A DNA stretch of 64,000 nt from Marsupella aquatica (lineage: Eukaryota > Plantae > Marchantiophyta), in the NCBI GenBank assembly GCA_973895155.1, contig OZ316895.1, forward strand, positions 23,448,558 through 23,512,557. The letters are read 5' to 3'. The position numbers and the translations under genes were made by a program. The notes under the pieces are model-generated. The model had not been told where the DNA came from, did no database searches, and saw only the letters and a program-made list of their open reading frames with translations. Below, in pieces: positions 37,690-49,448 of the stretch (positions are counted from its first letter, which is position 1; each line of letters begins with the position of its first letter).

Positions 37690-38335
37690 TATTTGTAAAT
37701 ACAGGAAAAAAACTATGACACATTATCAATTTGAATATCTTTAGTGACAAATTAATTAAAAGTTGTTTTGTACTTATAAATATGCCACACTTTTGGTATA
37801 TCCCACCTTTGTTATTTTGTTGAACTTGTCATCTTTATACTAACCTATGGCGTATCTGTAAACACAGAAAAACTATGATAGCATTATCAATTTGATTATC
37901 TTTAGTGCCTAGTTAAAAAGTTGTTTTAGTTTGTGTGTACTAAAGTGACCATGAGCTTTGCTTTGGGATATTTGTAAATACAGAAAAACTATGCTACCAT
38001 TATAATTTGAACATCTTTAGCGCCAAATTCATTAAAAGTTGTTTTAGTTTTTGAGTACTAAAGTGACCATGAGCTTTGCTTTGGCATAATTGTAAATACA
38101 GATTAAACCATGATAGCATTATCATTTGAACACCTTTAGTGCCAAATTCATTAAAAGCTATTTTGAATTGTTGTGTACTAAAGTGATCATGAGCTTTGCT
38201 TTGGATGCAAATTAATTAAAGGTTGTGTTTAATTTTTGTGTACTAAAGTGGCCATGAGCTTTGATTTGGATGCAAATTAGTTAAAAGTTGTTTTAATTTT
38301 TTTGTACTAAAGTCTCCATGAGCTTTGCTTTGGAT
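37690..38335. repeat. Degenerate AT-rich tandem repeats upstream of farnesyltransferase beta
   Basis: Recurrent TGTAAATACAGAAAAACTATGA..CATTATCAATTTGAA.ATCTTTAGTG and TACTAAAGTGACCATGAGCTTTGCTTTGG units. Confidence 0.85.
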
Positions 38336-38473
38336 GGAGAGACTGGCCCCAACCCCCACCCCAACCCCCACCCCCACCGTCTTGCACCCCCAACGTCTTG
38401 TAAAAGCGCCCCTCATTCTTTTGCATCTTGGCACACCAGTTTGGTACTCCATCAATTAGGCTGTTGCGGGCTC

Positions 38474-38530
38474 TGTTCTGTGCTTTGCTGTGCTGTGCTC
38501 TGCTGTGCTATGCTCTGCTGTACTGTACTG
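38474..38530. repeat. Imperfect (GCTGT/GCTCT)n microsatellite
   Basis: Sequence reads tgttctgtgctttgctgtgctgtgctctgctgtgctatgctctgctgtactgtactg. Confidence 0.85.
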
Positions 38531-38640
38531 CCCTTGTCTTCCAGCAAAGCTTCAGGAAAGAACATGTCCGCCCTGCTTCAGTTCTGGTTGCCATCCCGCA
38601 AGACTGCTCCCACTCAGAGTACGAATTGAGCTCACATCGG

Positions 38641-38900
38641 TGATCGGTGCTCTAGCTTGCGTTCTCTGGAACGTTGTGTTCTTCACAAGGAGCAGGAGCT
38701 GTTCAGAAACTGGGGGAGATTGGATTCGGATCGGTGCTCTAGTTTGCGTTCTCTGGAACGTTGTGTTCTTCAAAAGGAGCAGGAGCTTTTCAGAAACTGG
38801 GTGAGATTGGATTCTTGAGCACACAACAATTGGCTTCAAAAGGAGCAGGAGCTTTTCAGAAACTGGGTGAGATTGGATTCTTGAGCACACAACAATTGGC
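38641..38900 (+). repeat. Nested tandem duplications in the probable 5' UTR of farnesyltransferase beta
   Basis: GATCGGTGCTCTAG.TTGCGTTCTCTGGAACGTTGTGTTCTTCA occurs twice, AAGGAGCAGGAGCT.TTCAGAAACTGGG.GAGATTGGATTC three times, and TTGAGCACACAACAATTGGC twice. Confidence 0.85.
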
Positions 38901-38939
38901 AAACGAAGGAAGGAAGGAAGGAAGTATAGTCTTGTGAGC

Positions 38940-41900
38940 ATGGAGGCGTCGCCCTCTCGAACAGTGACGCAGCGGCTGCAGGCGGAGCTGGAGAGCGCCG
39001 TGCGTTCTATTTACGAAGCGTTTGGCGCTGCCACGACCGAGGAGCGCTCACTGATGTGCGTATCTTGATTTTCGTGTTCCACTCTTATTCACAATATTCC
39101 TGCACTTCATACGATGAGGATTTTTTGTTTCTTCGGTTTTAAACAGGGGAGTCTTTGAAAAGTATCAACGGAATGCCTATTGCGGAATTGATGTCGGGTC
39201 CGAAATCATCGTAGGAAATGCTAAACCAGGTTTCCATTCTGTAATTTCCAAAACATTGAGCTACTAGAGTTTAGTGTTGCTACTGTTGATATTCGTCAAG
39301 GTTTAGAACAAAGAATGGATACCATGAGTGCGATGTTTTCTGTTCGGCCAACGGTTCCTGTTGTAAGTTCCAGTGTGTCGTTTTGAGTAGTTTTGCACGT
39401 GCTCTCGTCTTCCCTCAGAGTTTCATTTCTCGAAGTTCCACTTTCAGGCTGACTCTGCACCATGACGACCACGAAGAATTTGTCGTTCGGGGTCTGCGAC
39501 GCTTAAGTGCTGGATTTTATGTGCTGGATTCAAGGTAGACCAACAAGTAAATGACACCCTTTATCCAGTTAACTGCTCCACTTTTCAAGGAAGTAATGCC
39601 TCTCTCGATGGGCACGGGTTGTTCTTTCTTGTGGACATGTGAACCATTATTTGCGCAAGTATCATCTTCTCCTTCAAACGATGTGTGGATTTTTTGCAGT
39701 CGCCCATGGTTGTGCTACTGGATTTTGCATTCACTAGCATTACTTGGGAGGCCTGTCGATGAAGATCTACATGATCGCACGATCGACTTTTTGGAGCACT
39801 GCCAGGTTGTTGTCCGACTCAGCCTATCTAGACATTTGCCGTAAATTCAAATAAGACGCTGATACAATCTCGAAGACACCTCCATGTAGTAATTTCACTG
39901 TCAATATGTTGCCCTGCTCAAACTTCACGTATTCAGCATCCCTAACAATGTTTTTTGCAAGACAGGAAACTGGTAGCTGCATATACCATATACTCAACAC
40001 GCTTTTATTGAATGCAGGACCCTAAAGGTGGCTACGCTGGAGGTCCAGGCCAGGTATTCGATTAGTATTTTTCATTGCCTACTGTGATCTGAAAGATATC
40101 TCTCATAATTGCTTACGTGTTTGTTTTGCTTCGGAAATGATAAAAGTGAACGAAGCTTCCACAAACTAAGCAATTTTATGCCTTGGCTCTTGTGTAGATG
40201 CCTCATTTGGCCACAACATATGCTGCGACTTGTGCCTTGGTGACGCTCGGTGGAGAAAAAGCGCTGTCTTCGATCAATAGGTGGCTGTCCACCCAGATGG
40301 CAAGAAAAGTTGTGTGTTTGGTTTAAAGTTATTTGATATGGGTTATTATCAGGGAAAGAACCCGCACCAAAACTAATGAAACTCCAGTGGAAATGGAAGA
40401 CACCCCGTTGCCACAGTTCATAGGACCTGATGCAGGAAGTTCAAAAAGAATAGGCTGTTTACATTGTTAGGCGGTGTGGTGGAGGCTCCTTGAGTAATAT
40501 ATGAAAGACAGCCCTTGTGCTACGATGCATTTGACGCTCAGTGTTATGTGACCAATGTTTATGGAAACTCGCTGCCTTAAACCTACTTGGCGCTCCCTTT
40601 AAGTGAGGAAAACTGGCCCAAGTTGTAGTTAGTTTCACTTACTTTTTGCAGTGATATTGTATTGGCTGTCACCTGTGTAGTAGGTCCCTTCCCAGCCAGC
40701 TCAAAGATACAGAGAAGCTTGTCATGAAAGTATTCAGAAATGATTTTTGCAGAGTTGCAGGAAGAAGGTTCTCCAGTTTCTTTTGCGCATGAAAGATCCG
40801 TGTGGAGGCTTCAGGTATGGCTTGATCACCACTGCCCTAATATGAATCCAGGTTTTGAAATTGGAAGGGGAAAACTTCTGGTGGTCGAGGACATGATGAC
40901 CTATATTCGTGTTGGCCAATGGAGTGTCCATCCCGGGTCCTGAGATTTCGCAGCTTCATTGACTGCTAGACGGACAGGAGGTCTGGCGGTCTTTAATACT
41001 TCAACTGGGATTGTGTGTAGAGTTCATGATGATGGTGAGATGGACATGCGGGGATCTTTCTGTGCTTTGGCGGTAAGTCTCGCAGTAGTTTGTACTGTGG
41101 GTATTGAGAGCGATCTGTCTATCATTTTCTCGACCACTGCGTTGTTTAGCATGTGGGCCTAAAGCTAGGTGCAAAAGTGTGTGCAAAAGCTAGGTGGCGA
41201 GTCTCGGGAGTGCATGGAGCAGTGACTTGTGCTGCACTCTAGAAATCTAATTCGATGGATAAAGACTGGCGGGACTGTCGTAGAGATGGTGTTTCCAAAC
41301 TTGAAGTTTGGTTAAAGTAATTTTCATGCGTACATTTCGCACCATTAAAAAAGTTTGTTGTTTTTGACAGGTAGCCCATTTGCTAGATATTATGGTCCCA
41401 GAATTATTGGAAAATGTTGGGGAGCATGTTCGCAGGTACTGAAATACCTTGTGCTGGTGTAGAGAACTCTACCTGTTGTTATACATCTTGGCACTCTATT
41501 AATGTAGTGACAGTAATATCAAAATGGGTATGCGTTTCACTGACTGAGACCCTAAGAATGTTTTCAGGCTCGTTTGCCTCCAGAGATCACCTTTACCTAA
41601 TATACTTCATGACCTTATTGCCATGTACAGTCTTAACTTCTCGTATCTCACCTCGTGCTGTTGTTTCGTAGCTGTCAAACATATGAGGGTGGCATTGGAG
41701 GTGAACCGGGAGCCGAGGCCCATGGCGGGTATGTGTTAATGCTATTCCTTCAACATCCCAGCAACCCCAGGGTATCTTCATAGGTTTTTCTATTTGAGAT
41801 GCTTTGTCAACGACGATTTGCCCTTCTAACCACTGGCAATGGCAACAATGCGTAGGTACACTTTTTGTGGACTTGCAGCGGTGGCTTTAATCAACCAGCT

Positions 41901-43954
41901 GCATGTCCTAGACCTTCCCAGTCTAGTTGTAAGTGATCACGATTTAACTCTCAGAGTCCACAAAGGAATTGTTTCTCCAAGTAGCTTTTATGCCTTTCTG
42001 TTCTTGTGGGAGGTTGTTACATGCCAGGATGACCTACTAAATTGAGTATCTAATACTGTTGGCCTGGTACGGACTAGCTCTGACTTTTGGAGTGGCGCAG
42101 ACATGGGATGTTAGTATGCGATAATTTAAATTGGCCTTTTATCGATTCTATGTACAGAATTGGGTTGCATTTCGCCAAGGGGGGGTTGAAGGGGGATTTC
42201 AGGGGAGAACCAACAAGCTAGTTGACGGGTGCTACTCTTTCTGGCAGGTACATCGTTCTGCTTCCCGTTCGCCTTAATGCTACACTGATTGATGGAGTGT
42301 GTCCATCTATGCCAGTCAATTTTTGGACCAAGAATGGTGGTTAGTCTAGAATGGTGGTTAGTCTAGAATGGAGGTTAATATGTTCCCATATGGACAACTA
42401 GATGCTGCTTCCAGAGGACAATTTCAAGTAGATCACATGTCATGGAAGTCACGACAAGCGATGCTTCACAGAACCACGCCTTCGTTGTCTCTTGATTTTG
42501 GATTACAACCAAAAGGAAAGCGTCCTGCCTGGTCATCAGGTTCATGTTGCACATGACAACTTGATAAAGAAAGTACGTGAGCCCTATATTGGGGTGAGGA
42601 ATGTGGCCCAAACTGTTTTTTCGCAGAAATTAGGATTCTGAAGAGCTCCATTTTGCAGGGTGGTTGCTTCAAATTGCTTCAGCAGTATATGCCTCAACTG
42701 TTGGTGCAACAAACTACGTCTGCTGCAGCCCTGCGTACAGTTCAAAATGAAGTTGAGTCTACCAAGTCTGGTCCACTGAACGCAAAGGATACAGAACAAG
42801 ATATGGCTGCAGAGGCCAACTTGAAATCTAAAGCGGAAACTTCAAGTAATGTATTGGATGGGATTGTAGGTGATAAGGCTAAATCGGTGAAAGATGGCCG
42901 GTCGTGGGCGGATGATTCCATAAATGAGAAAGATGAAACACGGAATCAAGGAAGTCAGGCAACTCCTTCAAGACCATCATCTCAGACTGGCAAGACGAAG
43001 ATGAGCAAGACTACCACCACTGAAGTTGAGGCACGTGAGGTACTGCATTCCCCTACGAAGGACATTTCCGCTAGTGAATGGGAAACTGATGAGGATGAGG
43101 TTGAAGATTGGGACTTGGATAGCAAGCCTAGTCAAAATGCTGCTGCGAGGCTCTTTCCTATGTCTGAAGCTGGCATTCGGAGGGGGCCATCACGTACCAA
43201 GATTGTACAGATAGTTGAGCTGGCAGATGATTCGAAGGGTACACCGGCAGGGGCTTCTGGAAGCAATAGTGGTTCCACCCGGTCGAAATTTGACCTTGGC
43301 AGCTCCGATGATATCTTGTATGGACCCATTTTCAATTCACAAGCCCTTCAAGCATATGTCTTACTCTGCTGTCAAGTTAAGTACTGAATCCCTGTTCCCT
43401 CTGACTGGATCTGTACATCTTCTTTTCCTCTTGGCAGCCTTCCTCGCCTCATTCGGGGAAATCAATTGCATCATAGATAAGGCATTAGTTTTAAAGTAGA
43501 GACCACACGCATGTCCACCGTAGCCTTTCGGTCAAAATGAGAACAGACAGTAATTTCCGAAAGTAGTACAATATAGGATTGAGCTCATTCAAGCTTGTGT
43601 CTTTCAATGCTGCAAAGTGGTCCTAGCCCATTGAATTGTATATTTCGGTGCTTCGAATGTCACTCAGACGTGTAATAATTAAGATTAATTTGTTTGCAGG
43701 ATCTGGATGGGGGTCTTCGTGACAAACCAGGAAAACCTTGTGACTACTATCACACTTGTTATTGCTTGAGTGGTTTGTCGGCGGCCCAGTACTCCACCGC
43801 ACACCGGTTGGGCGCACCGCCTCCCCCATCAGGGGTTCTTGGACCATATACCAATTTACAGGCGGCCACGCATGCTCTTTGCAATGTGCGACTGGATCGA
43901 TATTATGAGGCTCAAAGTTACTTCAAGAAAACCAAGGAAAGTCGAGATGCATAA
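38940..43954 (+). CDS. ERA1: Protein farnesyltransferase beta subunit (ERA1/FNTB-like), 13 exons, ~596 aa
   Basis: Exons 38940-39055, 39448-39534, 39700-39805, 40018-40053, 40198-40280, 40761-40814, 41021-41072, 41371-41435, 41672-41728, 41856-41928, 42158-42247, 42659-43375 and 43700-43954; total 1791 nt, in frame. Motifs: SRPWLCYWILHSLALL, GGYAGGPGQMPHLATTYAA, CQTYEGGIGGEPGAEAHGGYTFC, GRTNKLVDGCYSFWQ and GGLRDKPGKPCDYYHTCYCLSGLS (Zn ligands D, C, H). Confidence 0.95.
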
Positions 43955-45216
43955 GCGGTTTCATATTTAAACCCAGAGTGCAACCCTGGCACTGCCATGT
44001 CTGTCAGCTCAAGGTGGGAAATTCTTGTGCATTGTGCAAAGTCACTAGTTCCGCTGGTCAAGTAGTTTGCATAAACCCTAATATATTTGGGATACGGGAT
44101 GCCATCGTGCCAGAGGAATTTGTCATGTCGCAATTAGGAATGACTTTGATGATGTATTTACTGATTCTGTAGTCAACCATCTAGGGGGTTGTTTTACAAT
44201 ACGTTAGGGCTCCTCTATCAGCTGGATAGGACAGAAGGTTTTAGTCTTGTCTCTCTCTGAGAGTTTGCCAAAGAAACTCCAGTTCAAATCAGCTCTTTTT
44301 TCTTGGCACAGACATATGTTAGTACCGAGAGGACATTTTTGAGTGTGGTTTCACTGACAGGACAGTAGCAATGAACGATATCTGTAGAGCTTGGTCGGTT
44401 CTTGGGCTGTCTGTGCATCCCATCCTGATAATTGAAGTGCAAAAGTTTCTTGGTAGAGATTCTGGTCAATGAAGAGCAAAAGCGATATTTGCTCTTTTGC
44501 TAATTACTTCAAATGACATTTGCATCTTGCTTCGCCAAGGGAAGTTGGCGACATGCAGAGCAGACGTTGTATCCAAGTGTTTTTGTCAGTTACTCAAAAT
44601 GAGGCATCCAACCGTTGTGCGTATGTTCAATGCATTAATTTGTTGCGATGGAAGACATCTTCAACGTCCTCATAAGAAAAGTGCAGGAGTGGATGAATAA
44701 ATCCAGAGAAGGACAAGGAATGCGTTCAGGAGTGGATGTGAAACCCCATGACCCGGTGCCACAGAAAAAGCTTGGTTCATTCTTAACTCAAGGATGGTAA
44801 AACCCATGGTCTAAAGAAAAGAGGGGTGCTTAGAAACGACTATGTGGGTCCATACACGTCAATCAATGGGCTATATCAGAATTCTAATATACTGCAACTG
44901 AACAAAGGGCTCAATACTGAGAGACATGGTCCCGCTCCTTTCTTTGGAAAGGGACTTAGTTTCATTTTTACAGCCTTTCCTCCCCCCTTTTGAGTCTTGT
45001 CCATACAGGCATGGGCAAATGTTGCACGAGCCCAGTCAGGCATCACTGTGTCAACCTGGTTTTGGAGTGAGCATGTCTTTCCTTAGGGCCTGTCTTTGTG
45101 CCATTTTGGAGGGAGCATGTCTTTCCTTATGGCCTGTCTTCCTTAGGGTTGTGCCAGTCAGGGTTACAGTCCGTAGATAGACAGGTAGAGCCCCGGTAGG
45201 CAGGTAAAGCCCTGCC

Positions 45217-45600
45217 ATCACACATCAAAATGTGATAATATATGGTGTGCACTCACTGATTTAAAGGAAAATAACTAGGGGAAGAAAATAATGAGGTTTA
45301 TCATAATAAAAATGTGATAATATATGGTGTGCACTCACTGACTTAAAAAAATAATGAGGTTTATTATAGTATGGATTATGTACCAGTAAAGCCCTACCAG
45401 TAATCACACATCAAAATGTGATAATATATGGTGTGCACTCACTAATTTAAAGAAAATAATGAGGGGAAGAAAATAATGAGATTTATTATAACATGGAGTG
45501 ATGGGGAGGTTGATCCCTGCTTGTAATCACACATCAAAATGTGATAATGTATGGTGTGCACTCCACTGATTTAAATAAAATAATGAGATATATCATAGTA
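45217..45600. repeat. Tandem repeat, about 4 imperfect copies of a 90-125-bp unit
   Basis: (ATCACACATC)AAAATGTGATAATATATGGTGTGCACTCACT.A.TTAAA...AATAATGAG recurs at ~45217, 45308, 45403 and 45526. Confidence 0.85.
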
Positions 45601-47103
45601 TGGACTGATGTGGCCCAAGTGCCCAGGTTTAGGCACCCCAAGGAGAAAGAAATCTCCAAATATTATTGCAAGTATTTTTGCCTTAAATTGTTCACAACAG
45701 AGAAAAAGAGAGATTTTGCCAGTCAACTTTGCTTGGTTGCCTGCAAGGTGAGTGCATAAATGAAGCTGCACTGCAAGGTTGCATTGCTGGTTGAAGCTGC
45801 ATTGCCTGCGGCTCTGCGGATTGAAAGGGGGCAGGGTAGAGCACAAGTCTGCAGGGTCCTAGGAAGTCCCTTTCAAAATGAATGGGACATCATTTTCAAG
45901 GAAAATGAAGGGGACATCGTGGGTGCAGTTTTCACTACAGGGCCCCATCAAGTCTTTTGGGGGAGAAGCAAAGCTCATTTTCACAGACACTAGCCTGAAT
46001 GCCCAAGGTTTCCTTACAAGCAGGTGAAGAGTAAGATTGTGCCCCTTTTTAGTTCCACCTCCAATCATAGTTGTGCCCCAATCCTGGTCTAGAGGCTTCA
46101 CTCTAGACCACCGGCCTTCTCCTAACTTTCTATCACACCTTATTAGCTAGATACTAGCCTGAATGCCTGAGCTTTTCTCGGAAATAGATGATGTGTACCT
46201 GTGTACCTGTGTACCATCCTTGCCACTCCTGTCCATTTCCATTTCCACCCCCAACTTTAGCTCTGCCCCCAGATTCACGGTACACTCTAGGGAGTAGACT
46301 CTCATCCTAGCTTTGGATAGCGCTCTACAGATATGGCTTGAAAGTCCTTCCAAGGTTCAGCCATTCACAATTCCCAATACCTTCCGGAGGCGAGTCTTTC
46401 ACAATCAGGCGAGTAAGTTTTTAAGGAGCTGGGGACTCAACAGTCATCTGTTGTCTTGACACTACTGACTCTTGATCACTCGAACGTGCAGCTGCCCGAA
46501 GCTCGAAAATTTGTGGACAAAGAGCATTGAGCCTTCTCATTTCCAAAAGCAGACGGTGAAACTGTAAAAAAGGTCGTCATTCTGAATCTGAGAATGTGTA
46601 GAAAAATTGACCGCACACTCTGTCCCTTGTCGAGCTGTCCATTCTTCAACCACCTCTTGCCCTTCCGCCTTGTTATCACATTCCGGACACTCCTCTCGGC
46701 AGCCTTGTCCACGATTTGAGAAAGAATCTGCCATAAATGGTGAAACCTGGTGGATCCGGGTTTAATCATGGCCATGGTGAGACCTGGTGGACTTCTGAAG
46801 ATGTACAGTGGCGTTTCATTGTATATTCGTGCAACAGTTCAATACAAACCAAAAAATGATCTTATCCGAAAGTAGAGAGCGAACTCACAGTCAGTCCAAC
46901 GATTATAGTCATAACTCTTGATTGGTATCGAAGGGATCATGGTGGGGAATCAAAATTGTGAGAGAGCCAAACGTCCACCTTCCGGAACACCGTGTGGCAA
47001 ACGTATGACAGACTCAAATGCGGGAATTTCCGATGGATACTGATCGTTTCTCTTCAAGCGGAATTTCCAAGGCAACCAATCGTCATAAAAGCGAATTGAA
47101 CGA

Positions 47104-49448
47104 ATGCGAGAAAGCATCACGGGAAGGAGACGAGCAGAGAAGCAAGAGAGGATCATCCTGCAATTGCAGCAAAGTGGAGTCATGTCGTTGCCGGGGCCGT
47201 CGTTGACAATTGCTGTACCGGAGAAGCTGGCTTGTGATGTCTACGTAGGATGTATGCTACTGCGCCTCCCCCCGTTTGTCCCAAAAGCTTTCCCGTCTGT
47301 TTTGGAGCACCTTGGTGTGCGGCATTTCTACACATTGGTCAAGCAGCCGTCAGATGATGCCGTGAGTACCATTCTCGCCAACACTACCCAGTTTGGTTTG
47401 GGTACTTTAGTAGAGCGTTATGTACATTTTACAAAATTCAATCTTCGTTGCTCGCTGAAGGGCCGAAATTTTTCAACAGTATGGAGAGACTGACTTTCAC
47501 AAGTCCACCGATTTCAAGGAGACACTTTGCGCAAGAAGGCCAGAAGCTAATTGGATCAGAGCAATGATTGGATCATTACAGCAGTAATCGAAATCAGGGC
47601 CCCCGAGACCGGATGAGATAAATTCCCGAGTCTCTGTACATGAAAATGAGCCGAATTCCCGAAGCCATTTTGAAGCAAAAAGCTCTACATACACACTAGA
47701 ACATGAGGTGGAGGGAACGTCAATTGTTCTCGAAGCGGTTCTGCTCTCTTTCCTCTGTGACTCTCGAGACTTTGTCTACTTTTAGTCAACACCTGACTTT
47801 AGGTAAGTGTTCTCGAAGCTTTTTATTCCCTACAACTATACTCGACAAATTCATTCCAACGTTTGTGTCCTTCACCTTGCAGTGCATGTACTACGACTTC
47901 CTCCCGGCGAATCCAGAGGATCCGCTGGTGGTCGCAGCTGCTCTCACAGGGCAGAAAGTAAAAGGTACATACTCCATAGCCGTCCCTCACTCTATTGTCA
48001 CAAAAATCACTGGTTTGTGCACTTTTGCTACAGTTGATCAGAACCACTGTTGCAAATACCTCATATATAGTATCCCTCTTGAGAGGACAGGCGCCAAACA
48101 TCAAGGCAATGTTGAAGATTAAATTTATAGTCCAGTTTCTGCCCGTGTCATGCCTTCAACGCCTTCAACGTGAAGACTATAATTGATGGAGACTCAATTC
48201 CTGATGATCGGCGATAGTGATAGAGAACCGAACACAAGGATTCTCACGTGGGCTTTCTTGCCATGGGAGGCTGCATGTGGCTTCCAAAATCTACCACCCC
48301 TCGCCATCCTTCACTGTTCTCTAGTCAAGCAGAGTCCACAGTGGTTTTCACTCTGCCTGCCTGTCCGCATAGTGGCTATACGAGATTTCCACATGAGTTC
48401 GAAAAACATTACTCTAGCTGTAGCATCTCTCCGTATAGTGACTGTACGAGTGCAAAAAACGTAGTTTAACCGTAGGGATCTACAGCTCAACTGAGCCTGA
48501 AACCGAATTGCATGGAGGAATCGATGTGGACCCTATAATAGCCATTACGAATCATGGAATTTGATTTTCTAGAGTGCCCGACAGGGGCTCGATTGCGTAG
48601 CTTACCTGGGCCTGAGGTAGTCAATTAGATGGTAGACGCATAAAAACCGAATAATTTGTTAAGTTTATCTGAGGAAGCAGAGTGAGAAGCTGAAATGTGA
48701 GAAAATTGATGTGGCTGGGAAGAATGTGGAAATATGGTATCCATCCATAGCTATTGGCGATGTTTTGTCTCCTCAAAGTGGTAAGCTGTCGAGCCATGCA
48801 TTTTGTCATGCCTCGTCTCTAGCACTGCCATGAGCTCTCACGAGAAGCCATTTTCTCAAGACAGACGTTTGGGATGTTGTCTGCGCAGGGATCATCCAAG
48901 AGAAGAAACTGGAAAGGCTACCCAGGCAGAAATGCTGGTGGGTTGGAAAGACTGAGACCAGGAATGGATTGGAAAGTGCCAGAGATTTCAACACCCAGTG
49001 GGACTCCAGACTGTCACTCTGTCGCCATGACTGCAGACATCACACAAACGGTAACAACTTTCGATGCCAAATACTCCAATCAATTTGGTTGATCTGTCTG
49101 GTCATGAAAACAATTGCTCGAGCGAACCAGTTCACATCCATATCTGTGCAGTTCTCAATCAGTCCTTTGCAAGAAATCTGGTTTCTCGCAATCATGCAGC
49201 GATGGTGATTTCATTGTAACACTAGAGAGGAACAACAAAGTCCATTGGCGTTTGTAAATCAAATCGATCTTGCTTGCACAGGTTTGGTGCACCATCTAAC
49301 AGGCAAGGAAGATGTGATTTCACAACTTGATGTGCTGAAGAGCAAGAAGGGTTTGGAAACGGGCCTAGAGTCCGCCATCGCTGATGAAGACTTGCTTGCA
49401 TCCATTTCAATCGCTTATCCTACTTTGATGAATTACAAGACTCTCTAA
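47104..49448 (+). CDS. Conserved uncharacterised plant protein, 4 exons, ~222 aa (possible permuted papain-like His/Cys fold)
   Basis: Exons 47104-47361 (|gtgagt), 47883-47964 (|gtacat), 48889-49050 (|gtaaca) and 49282-49448; total 669 nt with consistent phases. The spliced protein reads ...DVYVGCMLLRLP..LGVRHFYTLVKQPSDDA CMYYDFLPANPEDPLVVAAALTGQKVK GIIQEKKLERLPRQKCWWVG..ARDFNTQWDSRLSLCRHDCRHHTN GLVHHLTGKEDV. From memory this resembles a plant family with FDFQPxDPE, LPxxKCWxVG and HDCRxYTNGLV motifs. The start codon is uncertain. Confidence 0.8.

Noticed and set aside
45989-46167. 15-bp direct repeat ACTAGCCTGAATGCC flanking ~150 bp
   Set aside because: It could be a TSD, but the enclosed sequence has no poly-A tail, TIR or second copy in the window to support an element call.
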